Shown: positions 39,903-50,974 of the stretch, piece by piece
Layout of the letters: each line of letters starts with the position of its first letter
Position numbering within the stretch: the stretch's first letter is position 1
Assembly: GCA_001819495.1 (NCBI GenBank)
Contig: MHMW01000018.1
Location: forward strand, 3,322 to 67,321
DNA length: 64,000 bases
Reading direction: 5' to 3'
Source of the DNA: Candidatus Portnoybacteria bacterium RBG_19FT_COMBO_36_7
GTDB taxonomy: Bacteria; Patescibacteriota; Minisyncoccia; Portnoybacterales; GWB1-42-6
The notes under the pieces: model-generated
Seen by the model: only the letters and a program-made list of their open reading frames with translations
Databases searched by the model: none
What the model was told of the DNA's origin: nothing
Program-made: the position numbers and the translations under genes

Positions 39903-42555
39903 CTGAAAATGTCAAATTAATTAACCTGTCCACGCTCAAATCACTCTGCAATGCTGTCTGATTACCTGAAATACTTAATGATGCGTCATCAGTGGCTACC
40001 TGCCAAGAAACCGGCCATCTGACACCTAATATAAGTTTGTTGCTCAGACTCCCCGACTGCTTCTGCGCCAACAAAGAATAAATAGAATTTTTTCCATACA
40101 CATCAACTTTGAACGGCAGCTGATACTGATAAGTTATAATAACCGTCTCGCCGGGACTGACATAGACCCAGTTGCCAAAAACCGTTTTGCCAGATTCTTC
40201 AAAAATGTCGGTGCCAGAAACAGGATCTTTTTTCAATCCCTGCTTTTGCGCCAAAACATCCTCGTCCGTTAAAAATCCAGCTTGTTCGTAATCTATCGGC
40301 GGATTAACCTCTTCTTTGGTCTGGCCGGAGACCGAAATGAGATTACTGCCCTTGGGAACATAAACTCTCATATAATCAGAATTAACCTTATTGTACCAAT
40401 CATATTGGGAATTACCTCCTTGATGATGCCTGGTAATTTTAAGCGTGTCAACGATAGAACCATTTGCTTTGATCTGGCTTGTGTGTTCTATTTTTTCATC
40501 AATTACTTTATCGGTCTTGTAACCGTTAATATTAGTGTTAATCACTGAAAAATAATCATGCTGAGCTTCTTTAATCTCGCCCGCCCATCCTTGTTTTATA
40601 ATAAATTCTTGAAGTGTCGGCTCACTGAAATATACCAAGATGTGTTTTTCTTTCAGCAGCTGATTAATGATTTTTATAACTTCAATGTTGTTCTTGCTCA
40701 ATTGCTCACTGACCTTATCGATAAATTTTGGCGCAAAATCAGCCAATATCTTTTTAGGCTGATTAATTTCTTTGTCGTAATCAACTTCAACTTTATACTG
40801 GGTTATTTCCGCAAAATTTTGAGAATTTAGAGAAATACCGTATTCGGACATGTCTATCGGACCGGTTAGGACAAGTAATCGTTCAATCACTGTTGGTGTT
40901 AGGCTGATGACGCCGTCCGGTGTCGGCCCACCCGTCTTTTCATAGAACCACATTATTTTCTTGGCCGAAGTCGGGAAATCCGCAAACCAATTGGCGTCGT
41001 GCATTGACCAGGCGGTTGAAATTTTCTGAATCGGTTCGGGCGGCACGACATTTTCCCTCAGCTGGCCGTCGGCGTTGAATATGCCGTCAATAAAAATTTT
41101 CTTCACTTGTCCCTGATCAAGATCTAACAGGCCGTAAGTGCCGATGAATCCGCCCGTGGCGCGCATCTCGGCGTTATTTTGAAAAACAAGAAGATATTTT
41201 TTGGCGCTTTGCTGGCCTAAAATTGCGAGAAAATTATCGGTCCAATCAATCGCCAGCGCGGCCGTTTGTATCATCTGCGGCATTTTTTCTGAAAGCTGAA
41301 CTAGCTGCGGCCGCATTGATTCTGGCAAAGCGGAAACCTTAATGCCTTCTATGTTCTGCTTGGCCGAAACCAAAAAGACGAGGCCGGCTTCCAGATGATT
41401 CTTCCCCTGCGCGATAATTTCTGAAAAAGGAGCCTGATTGTCTCTGGAAGAATCCTCGTATCCTTTTTGCAAAAGAGTTATCATGGCAGAAAACTCTTCG
41501 CCTGCTTTGCTCATATCTTGACCGGCTTCAATCAATTTTAGGCGCGAAGACAGATAAGAAAACCCCGGTAGCTTAGCCAGAAGAGGAATCAGCCAGCCGC
41601 CCGTATCTTTAATTTGGGAATCAGCGGCGGCAAAATAATTATAAGCATTACTGAAATCTTTTCCGGCCTGCCCAAAATCAGCGTTTTCCAAAGAATCTTT
41701 TGCCTGCATCAAAGATTGATAAGCGGCAAACCCGAAATTTAAAGCTTCTTCTTTGGCTATCAAAGCTCCTCTTGCCCAGCTAAACAAAGAAATAGATGAA
41801 AAAATAAGAAAAGCCGCGGTCAAAAAAATAACGATTGGTTTTTTTATGGCACGCCAGCCCAAAAATTCTCCGGCTGCGTGTCTGCCCAATAAAAATTCCG
41901 GGGTCAAAAACTCGTTTCCCGGAACAAATTCTGTCTGGGCTTGCGCTTGAGGCCGATTCCAGAATGTCAGATCGGGTTCCCGGCCATAAGAATATTCGCT
42001 ATTAAAATTAAAAACCGGCTCCGATTCCGCTATCTGCGCCGCTGCCTGAATTTCGGGGAAAACAAGTTCTGGCTCGGTTGTCTGGATTTGCGGTTGTTCA
42101 ATTTCCAATACTGGATCTTCCAGCGACGCAACTTCCAATACCGGTTCTTCCTGTTTTTCCACAAAAATATTTCTGACGGGGATATTATGGGCAATCTCTC
42201 TTTCCTGTGTTTTTTTTAAAAGTTCATCAGTCGCCTCAATGATATCAAAAACCGAAAGGATATCTGATTCTTCGGGAAGATTACCATCATAAAGCCGGGA
42301 TAGAAAATCGATGTTTTTTTCGGATGTTTTTGTGCCAGAGGAAAATAATGTTCCGCCTGGCGGCGTCTCACCTGTGCAACACAAATTTACCCGTTTCGGC
42401 CTCAAATTAATGGTTCTTGTACCTGGTATCTCTGCTTCCTCAATCCTCAAATTCAAAAATTCCTCTAGTTTTGCCATTTTTTCCAAATCCAAATCGCCGA
42501 GAGTTGTCCTCGGACGTACATCAAACATTTGGCTAAAGATAAAACGATAGCCCAT
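39892..42555 (-). CDS. DUF4012-domain membrane-anchored protein
   Basis: YLLVFQNNAEMRATGGFIG, DANWFADFP and YMRVYVPKGS. Confidence 0.8.
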   Translation of the reverse strand: MGYRFIFSQMFDVRPRTTLGDLDLEKMAKLEEFLNLRIEEAEIPGTRTINLRPKRVNLCCTGETPPGGTLFSSGTKTSEKNIDFLSRLYDGNLPEESDILSVFDIIEATDELLKKTQEREIAHNIPVRNIFVEKQEEPVLEVASLEDPVLEIEQPQIQTTEPELVFPEIQAAAQIAESEPVFNFNSEYSYGREPDLTFWNRPQAQAQTEFVPGNEFLTPEFLLGRHAAGEFLGWRAIKKPIVIFLTAAFLIFSSISLFSWARGALIAKEEALNFGFAAYQSLMQAKDSLENADFGQAGKDFSNAYNYFAAADSQIKDTGGWLIPLLAKLPGFSYLSSRLKLIEAGQDMSKAGEEFSAMITLLQKGYEDSSRDNQAPFSEIIAQGKNHLEAGLVFLVSAKQNIEGIKVSALPESMRPQLVQLSEKMPQMIQTAALAIDWTDNFLAILGQQSAKKYLLVFQNNAEMRATGGFIGTYGLLDLDQGQVKKIFIDGIFNADGQLRENVVPPEPIQKISTAWSMHDANWFADFPTSAKKIMWFYEKTGGPTPDGVISLTPTVIERLLVLTGPIDMSEYGISLNSQNFAEITQYKVEVDYDKEINQPKKILADFAPKFIDKVSEQLSKNNIEVIKIINQLLKEKHILVYFSEPTLQEFIIKQGWAGEIKEAQHDYFSVINTNINGYKTDKVIDEKIEHTSQIKANGSIVDTLKITRHHQGGNSQYDWYNKVNSDYMRVYVPKGSNLISVSGQTKEEVNPPIDYEQAGFLTDEDVLAQKQGLKKDPVSGTDIFEESGKTVFGNWVYVSPGETVIITYQYQLPFKVDVYGKNSIYSLLAQKQSGSLSNKLILGVRWPVSWQVATDDASLSISGNQTALQSDLSVDRLINLTFSDVK

Positions 42556-42643
42556 CTTAAGTGAATTATACCATAATTAAAAATTTCTTTAATCCACAAA
42601 TAAAAAAGGCGGAAAATTTTTTCCGCCTAAGAACGAACTGTTT

Positions 42644-42967
42644 TTACCTTGGAGGATCATAAATACCACCAGCGTGCTCCATTTCCCGCCTTATTTGATC
42701 AATTACCGGCACGGGTTTCAAATATTTTTGCTTTTTCCTTGGGCGCCTCGGTTTATTGTACTTGGCCGCCAGCTTATGGGATTTGTAACCCCATAAATAC
42801 TGGTTTAAGTCATTAACCTCTTTTTTAATTCTCACTAATCTTTTTGATGTCGGCAGAAGCTTTGGTATATCCATGGTTCTGGCCAAATAAACTTGCTTCC
42901 GTTTCCTTTCCAGAAATCTCAATATTTCATCAAATTTTTTAATGTCTCTCTCTAGTTTAATTTTCAT
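42644..42967 (-). CDS. Basic hypothetical protein
   Basis: 107 aa; strong SD (AAGGAGG); terminator hairpin at 42602-42628. Confidence 0.6.
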   Translation of the reverse strand: MKIKLERDIKKFDEILRFLERKRKQVYLARTMDIPKLLPTSKRLVRIKKEVNDLNQYLWGYKSHKLAAKYNKPRRPRKKQKYLKPVPVIDQIRREMEHAGGIYDPPR

Positions 42968-43149
42968 TTTTACCCTCCTTTTATCACCTAGTTTCTGGAT
43001 ACTACTTCACCGATTTGCCAAAAAGAAATATTCCTTGCTTCCCCCGCATCATTTTTCCTGCAGTATATACATTCCCCACTCATTTCTTTCCTCTTTTATT
43101 AAATTATTTAAGAGCTAATAAATTATACTCCCATAAATCATATTAAAAA

Positions 43150-44292
43150 TCAAGTTTTTTCAATATATATTTTTAATGTTTCTTCCGCCATTTTTTGCCA
43201 GGAATATTTTTTTATTTGCCTATAACCGGTTTCTCTTGTTTTCTCAGCCAGATTATTATTGGTTAAAATATTGTTTATTTTTTCCGCTATATCTTGTGGG
43301 TTCCCCGCGTCAAAATAAACTGCCGCGTCACCCAAAATTTCGGGCAGGCAGGTTGATTTTGACGAAACAACTGGAACGCCACGAAAAATTGCTTCAAGCG
43401 GCGGCAGGCCGAATCCCTCGCATAACGAAGGAAAAACATAAAGTTTTGCCCCGCTATACAATTCGTTTAAGCTCTCGTCGCTTATAAAACCGGTAAAAAT
43501 AATCTGATTAAAGATTCCGGAACCATGAAGCATGGTATTTGTTTCCGCCTTTAATCTCCTAAAAAAATAATCTTCTTCTCCTACCAAGACCAGCTGCAAA
43601 TCTTGATTAAATTTTTCAATTAAAATTTTAAATGCCACGATTAAATTTTCAAGATTTTTATGCGGATAAGCATTACCTACATAAAGAAGATATGGCCTGT
43701 TAATTTTGTATTTTTCAAAAATATATTTTTGATTTTTGATTTTTGATTTTTGATTTAAATATGGCGCTCCTTCATAAGTGACAACGATTTTTCCATCTTT
43801 CACACCAAAATTATTTAAAATATCGTTTCTTACATAATTTGAAGGAACAATGATTTTTCTGGTTCTTTTTATTGCCAGCCATATAACTATTCTATATGCT
43901 AAATTTTTCAACCAATACTTTATCGGTCCCATGGCTGAGGCACGGCGGGTCGGAAAATGCCGCAATATAAGATCGTGAATGGTCACCACAAAAGGCCTTA
44001 AATAAAAAATTGGCACGTTAAAATGCGGAAAGTGCATCAAATCGATTTTTTCCCGATAAATTTTGGCTGGCAACCGAATTTGTTCGGCCAAAGAATACCA
44101 GCGATAATCGGCCAAGACTTTTTTAAAACGCGGCGAACTTGGTTCATATTCCCCCCAGTTTTCCCGACGCAGAAAAATTACGTATTGATTCTCCGAATCA
44201 ATTTTTTCAAGATTTTCAATCAATTTTTCCGTGTAGCGGCCAAGGCCCTTGCCTTTCGGCCCTAAAAAACGCGCGTCAATTCCGATTCGCAT
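43150..44292 (-). CDS. Glycosyltransferase, GT4
   Basis: MRIGIDAR, PHKN and EGFGLPPLEA. Confidence 0.92.
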   Translation of the reverse strand: MRIGIDARFLGPKGKGLGRYTEKLIENLEKIDSENQYVIFLRRENWGEYEPSSPRFKKVLADYRWYSLAEQIRLPAKIYREKIDLMHFPHFNVPIFYLRPFVVTIHDLILRHFPTRRASAMGPIKYWLKNLAYRIVIWLAIKRTRKIIVPSNYVRNDILNNFGVKDGKIVVTYEGAPYLNQKSKIKNQKYIFEKYKINRPYLLYVGNAYPHKNLENLIVAFKILIEKFNQDLQLVLVGEEDYFFRRLKAETNTMLHGSGIFNQIIFTGFISDESLNELYSGAKLYVFPSLCEGFGLPPLEAIFRGVPVVSSKSTCLPEILGDAAVYFDAGNPQDIAEKINNILTNNNLAEKTRETGYRQIKKYSWQKMAEETLKIYIEKT

Positions 44293-44298
44293 AATGAA

Positions 44299-45444
44299 TT
44301 ATGACGTTAAAAAATCAAGGGTTTCCTTTGCGCATTTGTCCCAAGAGAATATTTTTGCTCTCTCAAGGCTCCTTTTGCTCATTTCCTTGCTTAAGCTGCT
44401 GTCAGACAAGATTTTTTCCATGGCCCAGGCCAGTTCCTCAATATCATACGGGTCTATCATTATAGCCGCTTCGCCGGCGATCTCGGGCAAAGAAGAGGTA
44501 TTGGAAGTGATAGTGGGCACTCCGCAGGCCATCGCTTCCAGCGGCGGGAAGCCAAATCCTTCAAAAAAGCTCGGGTAGACGAAAAGTTCGGCCAAATTAT
44601 AGAGATAAACTTTGTCTTCTGGGCTGACAAAACCAGTAAAGATTATCTGTTTGGCATATTTGGATTTTTCCGCCGCCTCAAATATTTCTTTGAACAACCA
44701 TCCTCTTCCGCCCCCAATGACAAGACTGACATTCTTGAAATCCTTGTTTTTTTCTTTCAGAAGCTCAAATGCCTTTATCAATCCGAAAATATTTTTTCGC
44801 GGCTCAATCGTCCCAAAGTATAGAATATATCTTTTTGGCAGATGATATTTTTGGGCAATATTGGACATCCTGCATTCAAAATCTGACATTTTTATGAATT
44901 CTTCCCCGACTCCTGAATAAATTACTTTTATTTTTTCCGGATCGATCTTATACAGATCTACCAGGTCCTGTTTTGTTGATTCTGAAACAGCAATAATCTT
45001 GTCAGAGCTTCTGGCTTCTTTTTTCGCATTCATCAGGAATCTCTGCCAGGCACGCTTTCGCCAGGAAAAAAGTTCCGGATGCAGCTTGAAAGAAAGATCA
45101 TGAAAGGTCATAACTTTTTTGGCTTTTTTGCTAATCGGAGCGCTGAAAAAATGCGGATTGAAAAAGATATCCGCTCCGCCCAACAACCTGTCGATCTTGG
45201 GAAAATTAAAGTATCTGGCGCTGATAAATAAAAAACGGTTGGGAATCCTGAATTCTCTCAATTTGACGTTGTGCAGACCGGCCCAATCATAATTTATTTT
45301 TGTTTTATTAAAAGCGTTGAAAAAAAGCTTAAAATTGATATTTTGATTCAATCTTAAAAGCCGGGATAAGAGGTTAATTGTATATTCCTCTACCCCGGTC
45401 CTGGTCCCCCGAGTTAAAACTCTGATGTCAATTCCAATTGTCAT
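44299..45444 (-). CDS. Glycosyltransferase, GT4
   Basis: GTIEPRKN and EGFGFPPLEAMACG. Confidence 0.92.
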   Translation of the reverse strand: MTIGIDIRVLTRGTRTGVEEYTINLLSRLLRLNQNINFKLFFNAFNKTKINYDWAGLHNVKLREFRIPNRFLFISARYFNFPKIDRLLGGADIFFNPHFFSAPISKKAKKVMTFHDLSFKLHPELFSWRKRAWQRFLMNAKKEARSSDKIIAVSESTKQDLVDLYKIDPEKIKVIYSGVGEEFIKMSDFECRMSNIAQKYHLPKRYILYFGTIEPRKNIFGLIKAFELLKEKNKDFKNVSLVIGGGRGWLFKEIFEAAEKSKYAKQIIFTGFVSPEDKVYLYNLAELFVYPSFFEGFGFPPLEAMACGVPTITSNTSSLPEIAGEAAIMIDPYDIEELAWAMEKILSDSSLSKEMSKRSLERAKIFSWDKCAKETLDFLTS

Positions 45445-46027
45445 CTTCTTTTAACAATACAAAAAGAATTCCCAAAATCACTCCGCCCAGCAAAGCTAAT
45501 AGCCCGTCAAGAATAAAATTTGCCTGATTTTTGGTGACCTGCGGCTCTCCTCCCAAAATCGTAAAAACAACGTTGCCGGAATTCTTGCTCGCCAAATCGG
45601 CTTTCTCCTGTAAAACAGAAACTAAAGCTTGCCCTATTTTGCCGCCGTCGCCGGGACTTTTAACCATAAATTCCGCTGCCACATACTGGGGAGCCATTTT
45701 TTGCGCTTTCAGTGGCCTGCCAAGCAAAGATTTTACGGGCGCAACTTGCGCTTTCTGATAGACCGCGTTGACAACTTCCGGGCTGCTCACCCATTGCGAA
45801 ACTGTATTGGAAAATTCATCAGCCGCCTTAACGCTCCAGTATCCGTCATATTGATAATCCTGCGTTGGCTGGCTGATTTTAGAATATACCGAAATCGCCA
45901 GCGAAACATCATATCCCCTGCTCTGCCATACAAAAAATGCTTCAACTAAAATAACCACTACGCCGGTAAAAATTAAAAGGAATCTTAAATTTTTTTTGAT
46001 AATGAGATAAAGTTTTTTAAAATCCAT
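45428..46027 (-). CDS. Wzz/CapA-like chain-length determinant
   Basis: TM at each end with a short extracytoplasmic loop; inside the GT cluster. Confidence 0.6.
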   Translation of the reverse strand: MDFKKLYLIIKKNLRFLLIFTGVVVILVEAFFVWQSRGYDVSLAISVYSKISQPTQDYQYDGYWSVKAADEFSNTVSQWVSSPEVVNAVYQKAQVAPVKSLLGRPLKAQKMAPQYVAAEFMVKSPGDGGKIGQALVSVLQEKADLASKNSGNVVFTILGGEPQVTKNQANFILDGLLALLGGVILGILFVLLKEDDNWN

Positions 46028-46077
46028 GGTAATTAATATTAATTAAGTCTGTAATTTTTTTCTTATTTTTTCTATTT

Positions 46078-46689
46078 CTAATAAACTAGTTCGCCTTCTT
46101 TATATGTTTTATCTAAGATTTTATTAAAAAACAAAAAATCATCTTCTTTATAATATTCTTTCAGCATCTCCGCTATTTCCTGCCTTGTTTTGCCCTGATT
46201 TTTCAAATATTCAAATTGCTGTGAAAAAGCATATTCTTCTACTTTGTTATTTGGATATGTGTATTCTGATTTTATATTATTAAAAGCAAAAGTTTGATTG
46301 TCTTTTTTGTATGCTTCTGAAGATTCCGAATCCAAAAATCGTTTGCAATGCGCAAGCTCATGGAGCATCCAAGCAATTTCATCAGGTTTTTCAATATTCT
46401 TAAAATAGCTCTCCTTAAAAGAGACTAATTGTTTGTCGGCGGCAGATTCGGAAGGTTGACTTTTTTGCCATACATCGTCCGGGACAACTAATATTTTCAC
46501 GTTTTCTAACTTTTTATCGTTTAATGCTTCGTATTGTCTTTTATAGTGTTCAGAAAGACTCTCTGCTTCAAATAGTTCGATTTTTTCAGCTTCTTCATCA
46601 TCAATTTCAAAACGTTCTTTTACATATTGTTTATAATCAATCTCATCTTTCTTTTCAATCGATGATAAAACTGGCTTTTCATCTTTCAT
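46078..46689 (-). CDS. Hypothetical protein with HExxH motif
   Basis: MLHELAH...VEEYA; AT-rich. Confidence 0.6.
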   Translation of the reverse strand: MKDEKPVLSSIEKKDEIDYKQYVKERFEIDDEEAEKIELFEAESLSEHYKRQYEALNDKKLENVKILVVPDDVWQKSQPSESAADKQLVSFKESYFKNIEKPDEIAWMLHELAHCKRFLDSESSEAYKKDNQTFAFNNIKSEYTYPNNKVEEYAFSQQFEYLKNQGKTRQEIAEMLKEYYKEDDFLFFNKILDKTYKEGELVY

Positions 46690-46692
46690 GAT

Positions 46693-47799
46693 TTATTTTT
46701 TAATTTTTTTATGTTCTTCCCAGCAATTTTGGACAAAATCTTTTATTTTTTGCTTAAAAATTTCTTTATCAAATTGCATTGCCTGTTCTCTGATTACCTG
46801 CGGATTAAAATCGCTGGCGACAAATTGTTTAAGAGACGAAATCAAAGATTCAACTGTCTGTTCTTTGAAAAATAAGCCACTCACTCCATGCTTTATCGTT
46901 TCCAAGGCGCCACCAGCCTGGTAGGCTATCACCGGCCGGCCCGAAGCCATTGCTTCAAGAGCAGTTATACCAAAGTCCTCTTCTTGTGGAAAAATAAAAG
47001 CCTGACATTTGGCATAAAGTTCGCGGAGTTTAAAATCAGCAACTAGGCCCAAAAATTCAATATTGGGACCGGCCAGACGCCGCAGCTTCACCGAATCAGG
47101 TCCGTCACCGACGATTTTGAGCGGCAGGCCCAGCCGATTAAAAGCTCCAATGGCTATATCAAGGCGTTTATATGAAAGGAGCCTGGCCACTATCAAAAAG
47201 AATCTGTCGATCTGGGGCGAAACATAAAAAAGTTTTGCGTTGACTGGCGGATGGATGACAACGGCTTTTTTTTGATAGTATTTTTGAATCCGCGAAGCGA
47301 CAAATTCGGAATTGGCAATAAATTTATCCGGCCGCTCTGCCGCCGCCTGATCCCAGACACGCAAATAGTTCATAAAAATCGGGATGACGCTTCTGACAAA
47401 AGAAGGATAACCAAATTCTCTGATATATTTATGGCTGTCATCCCAGGCATAGCGGGTCGGCGTGTGACAATAGCAAATATGGAGAGTGCTCGGACGCGTA
47501 ATGATGCCCTTGGCAAAGCTGGCTGAGTCCGAAATAACCAAATCATATTTTGAAAAGTCAAAAGATTCAATCGCCAGGGGCATCAGCATCAAAAAAGGCC
47601 GGTGATGCGATCTGACAAACGGAATTTTCTGCAGAAAAGAAGTTTTTATCCGCCGGCCGTCAAAGGCCTGGCCGGTTCTTGCCCGATCATAAATCAGAGT
47701 AAAGATCGGCGCATCCGGCCAGATCTCGCAAAATGCTTCCAAGACACGCTCGGCGCCGCCATATTGGTTCAAATAGTCGTGAACTAAAGCCACTCTCAT
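46693..47799 (-). CDS. Glycosyltransferase, GT4
   Basis: MRVALVHDYLNQYGGAERVL and EDFGITALEAMASG. Confidence 0.92.
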   Translation of the reverse strand: MRVALVHDYLNQYGGAERVLEAFCEIWPDAPIFTLIYDRARTGQAFDGRRIKTSFLQKIPFVRSHHRPFLMLMPLAIESFDFSKYDLVISDSASFAKGIITRPSTLHICYCHTPTRYAWDDSHKYIREFGYPSFVRSVIPIFMNYLRVWDQAAAERPDKFIANSEFVASRIQKYYQKKAVVIHPPVNAKLFYVSPQIDRFFLIVARLLSYKRLDIAIGAFNRLGLPLKIVGDGPDSVKLRRLAGPNIEFLGLVADFKLRELYAKCQAFIFPQEEDFGITALEAMASGRPVIAYQAGGALETIKHGVSGLFFKEQTVESLISSLKQFVASDFNPQVIREQAMQFDKEIFKQKIKDFVQNCWEEHKKIKK

Positions 47800-47832
47800 A
47801 AATGACAAATGCACCCCTCCAGAACAAAAATT

Positions 47833-49257
47833 TTAAACTTTTGATTTTCTGAATAAAACCGCCAAGGGCGTTTTTAACAAAATCTTAAAATCAAGACCTA
47901 AAGACCAATTCTCAATATAATAGGTGTCAATTTTTGCCTCTTCATCAAAATCAATTTCTGAACGGCCGGAAATCTGCGCCAAGCCGGTGACTCCCGGCTT
48001 GATATTGAAAACTTTTTTATGCCATCGCTCGTATTTTGCCACTTCTTTTGGCTGATGAGGCCGCGGCCCGACCAGGCTCATGTTACCAACGAGGACATTA
48101 AAAAATTGTGGCAGCTCGTCCAAGCTGGTTTTTTCCAAAAAGCCACCCAAACGCGTGCGGCGCGGGTCATTGGCTATTTTGTAAACCGGACCGCTTCGGA
48201 TGCTCTGCTTTTCTATCAGTTTGTTTTCCAGAGTGTCAGCCGCGCCGGTTTTATCATACTGGCCGCCGGTACAATATTCAATCTTCATTGAACGAAATTT
48301 ATAAGTATCAAAGTTATTTCTGGGGCCGACGCGTAAGTTTTTATAAATCACCGGCCCCGGCGAATCAAGTTTAATCAAAATGGCAACCGTTGCCATCACC
48401 GGCGAAAAAATTATTATTGCAAAAAGCGAGCCAACCATATCAATTATCCGCTTAATAATTTTGCCCCATCCGTCAAGCGCTGTGCGTTTGAGCTCAATCA
48501 GAGGAACGGCTGCTAAAGTATCAAAATCAACATTCGTTGTCAGAGTCTGAAAAAGATTCGGAACAAATTTAAAGTTTATTTTTTTGTCTTCACAAAATGC
48601 AATAAGCTCCAAAACCTTTCCGCGCGGAAAATTGGGATTAGCCAGAATTATATCGTCAACAAAAAAAACATTTGCTGTTTCTTTGATTGTCTCTATTTCA
48701 AGGTCTCTAAAATATTTTATCAGGCGATACCCCAGCGAAGGCCTCTCTTTTATTTCCTGGATTATTTCCTCTGAAATACCGTCTCCGCCCACCACCACGA
48801 CATTGTGCGAGCCAAAATGATATCTGCCAACGAGGTATCGCTGAAGAGCCCTCACCGCCAAACGACCCCAGCTGACAAAAAAGACAGCCAGAACCCAGGC
48901 CCCAAGGATCAAAAACCGCGAATCAAAGAATTCGCGTTTGATAAAAATATAGATAATGACAACCATTAGGCCCGCAGACGTGGCGATTACAATCCTGAAA
49001 AATTCCTCAAGCAGCTTATTATTTCTTTTCATTGAATAAAGCCCGATAATCGCAAAAACTCCCAGCCATATCAAAGAAACCAAAAACACCAAACCAAGAT
49101 ACCGTTTAAACGGCAGATTTAAAGAAAAAAGCACTGGCCGCCAATTAGCGATTAAGCTGCTGGTTCGTAAGAAATAAGCGGCTATACCGGCTAAAACCAG
49201 CATCAAAAAATCAACCGGAACCAAAATTGCTGTAAAAATAAGCTCGGAACGTTTCAT
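47833..49257 (-). CDS. Polyprenyl-phosphate glycosylphosphotransferase (WcaJ/WbaP-like)
   Basis: [28 protein letters not shown] and KPGVTGLAQ. Confidence 0.92.
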   Translation of the reverse strand: MKRSELIFTAILVPVDFLMLVLAGIAAYFLRTSSLIANWRPVLFSLNLPFKRYLGLVFLVSLIWLGVFAIIGLYSMKRNNKLLEEFFRIVIATSAGLMVVIIYIFIKREFFDSRFLILGAWVLAVFFVSWGRLAVRALQRYLVGRYHFGSHNVVVVGGDGISEEIIQEIKERPSLGYRLIKYFRDLEIETIKETANVFFVDDIILANPNFPRGKVLELIAFCEDKKINFKFVPNLFQTLTTNVDFDTLAAVPLIELKRTALDGWGKIIKRIIDMVGSLFAIIIFSPVMATVAILIKLDSPGPVIYKNLRVGPRNNFDTYKFRSMKIEYCTGGQYDKTGAADTLENKLIEKQSIRSGPVYKIANDPRRTRLGGFLEKTSLDELPQFFNVLVGNMSLVGPRPHQPKEVAKYERWHKKVFNIKPGVTGLAQISGRSEIDFDEEAKIDTYYIENWSLGLDFKILLKTPLAVLFRKSKV

Positions 49258-49319
49258 ATTTATAATAATCTTAATCTTTTTAAACAAAAATTGCAACTGT
49301 GCGGAAAATATACAAAATA

Positions 49320-49348
49320 TTGACAGATTTTATATTTTGATTTACTAT
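49320..49348 (+). promoter_or_regulatory. Sigma70-like promoter
   Basis: TTGACA-17 nt-TACTAT upstream of 49482. Confidence 0.6.
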
Positions 49349-49481
49349 AGTCAATATTCAAATTTAGCCGGTGAAGGTTAATTTTTTGTTCTTTAAAATT
49401 AATTAAAATTTATTTTGCGAAAGGGGGTGAAATTTTTTCGGGCAGAAGGAAAAAAGAAAAATAAAAAAGGAGGAAAAACAG

Positions 49482-50378
49482 ATGAAAAAGACGAAAGTGT
49501 TTATTTTGTTATTGGTGGCTTTATTGATTTTTCCGGCAATCTCAGCGGCAAAAAGCCTTGTTGTAATAGGCTGGGACGGAGCGGGCAGCAGAAACGTCAT
49601 CCCGATGCTCCAGGCCGGCAAGTTACCAGGTCTTCAGTCAATTTTGGATGCGGGAGGGGTGTTTTGTGACATTGAGACAATTAATAAGACGGTGACCGTG
49701 CCGACGTGGACACTGATGTTCACAAGTTTAGATTCATCCCAGACTGGTGTAACCACCAATAGAAACACCAGGCAAAAAATTCCTATTGAGGACATAATAA
49801 CAAACCCAATAAGGAATTCGGGATACCTTATTGGGTGGTTTGTGGCCAAGGATTTTTTGTGGAATAACAGCCCCTTGAAAAAAATTATGTCTAATGTTGA
49901 CGCGGGCGGATTATTTACGGCGGTAGATAACGCCGGCGCCTGTCTTGATAATTCGGTAACTGATATAAACCAAAGAGCTGTTCAGTTTATAATGGACAAC
50001 AGAGGAAAAGATTTTTTCCTTTTTGTCCACATCGGCCCGGACTGCTACGGGCACGGGCACGGGGAGAACAGCGAAAGATATCTGTACGAATTCGTCCGTT
50101 CGGACGAGGTAGTACAGAATATCTTGGCTGTGATAGACTTTGACACCCGGATCATGGTTGTGAATGACCACGGATTTGATGAAGGCGCGAGTGACCACCA
50201 GTCTGCGCCAGACCTGTGGATGGTTACAGATCTCCTTATAAAGGAAATTTATCACAACGGGGAGACGAGGGGAACGGTAAGGGATATTCCTCTTACAATC
50301 TGGGATTTCTTCGGAGTTTACGGTTGGCGTGATAATCCTTCCAAGTATCGGGGGAAGAGCATGTTAATTATTGAATAA
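49482..50378 (+). CDS. Secreted alkaline-phosphatase-superfamily (NPP-like) enzyme
   Basis: Signal peptide; IGWDG, TVTVPTW, PDCYGH and NDHG metal-site motifs; SD AGGAGG; terminator at 50388-50420. Confidence 0.75.
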   Translation: MKKTKVFILLLVALLIFPAISAAKSLVVIGWDGAGSRNVIPMLQAGKLPGLQSILDAGGVFCDIETINKTVTVPTWTLMFTSLDSSQTGVTTNRNTRQKIPIEDIITNPIRNSGYLIGWFVAKDFLWNNSPLKKIMSNVDAGGLFTAVDNAGACLDNSVTDINQRAVQFIMDNRGKDFFLFVHIGPDCYGHGHGENSERYLYEFVRSDEVVQNILAVIDFDTRIMVVNDHGFDEGASDHQSAPDLWMVTDLLIKEIYHNGETRGTVRDIPLTIWDFFGVYGWRDNPSKYRGKSMLIIE

Positions 50379-50471
50379 AAACACATCGGGCTTTGCCTTA
50401 TTTCAGGCAAAGCCCTTTCTTTTTTACATCATCAAATTAAAAAGTAAAAAACAGAAACAATTTTACTTGTC

Positions 50472-50500
50472 TTGACAGATGGAAAAATAAGCATTAAAAT
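50472..50500 (+). promoter_or_regulatory. rnpB promoter
   Basis: TTGACA-17 nt-TAAAAT, 7 nt before the RNA 5' stem. Confidence 0.75.
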
Positions 50501-50507
50501 ATGAATA

Positions 50508-50879
50508 TCCAAGCAAGCTGGGTAATTGCCCTGCACTTTTAATAAAGGTCCAGGGAGGAAAGTCCGAACTCCATCGTTCACTAAAAAGTGAAGGTAAAAA
50601 AGTAGCGGCTAACCGCCGTCCATCGTAAGATGCGAGGTGCGAACAGAGACGCCTGAAACCGAAAGGAATCGGGTATCCTTAATGGATAATTCTTAATGGC
50701 AACATTAAGACTGAAACGGCCAAATCCTTACTGGGAGCAAGATCAAACCTATGAGGCGACAAGCTTGATCTCATAGAGAAAAGTAGATCGCCAGAGCCCT
50801 TGAGCAATCAAAGGCCAAGACAGATAATTATCGCCCCGCAATTGCGGGGTACAGAATTCGGCTTATAGGCTTGCTTGGA
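50508..50879 (+). ncRNA. rnpB: RNase P RNA
   Basis: GAGGAAAGTCCG and ACAGAATTCGGCTTAT P4 halves; P1 tccaagcaagc/gcttgcttgga. Confidence 0.93.
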
Positions 50880-50880
50880 T

Positions 50881-50918
50881 AAATAAAAATCCGCTTCTAA
50901 AAAGCGGATTTTTATTTA
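50881..50918 (+). terminator. rnpB terminator
   Basis: aaataaaaatccgctt...aagcggatttttattt hairpin. Confidence 0.75.
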
Positions 50919-50942
50919 TCTGAGTTATTGCCAAAACGTTAT

Positions 50943-50974
50943 AAAAAAGGGAAGTCATAAATATGACTTCCCTT
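50943..50974 (-). terminator. Minus-strand intrinsic terminator
   Basis: gggaagtcata-a-atatgacttccc followed by a T run on the minus strand. Confidence 0.65.
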
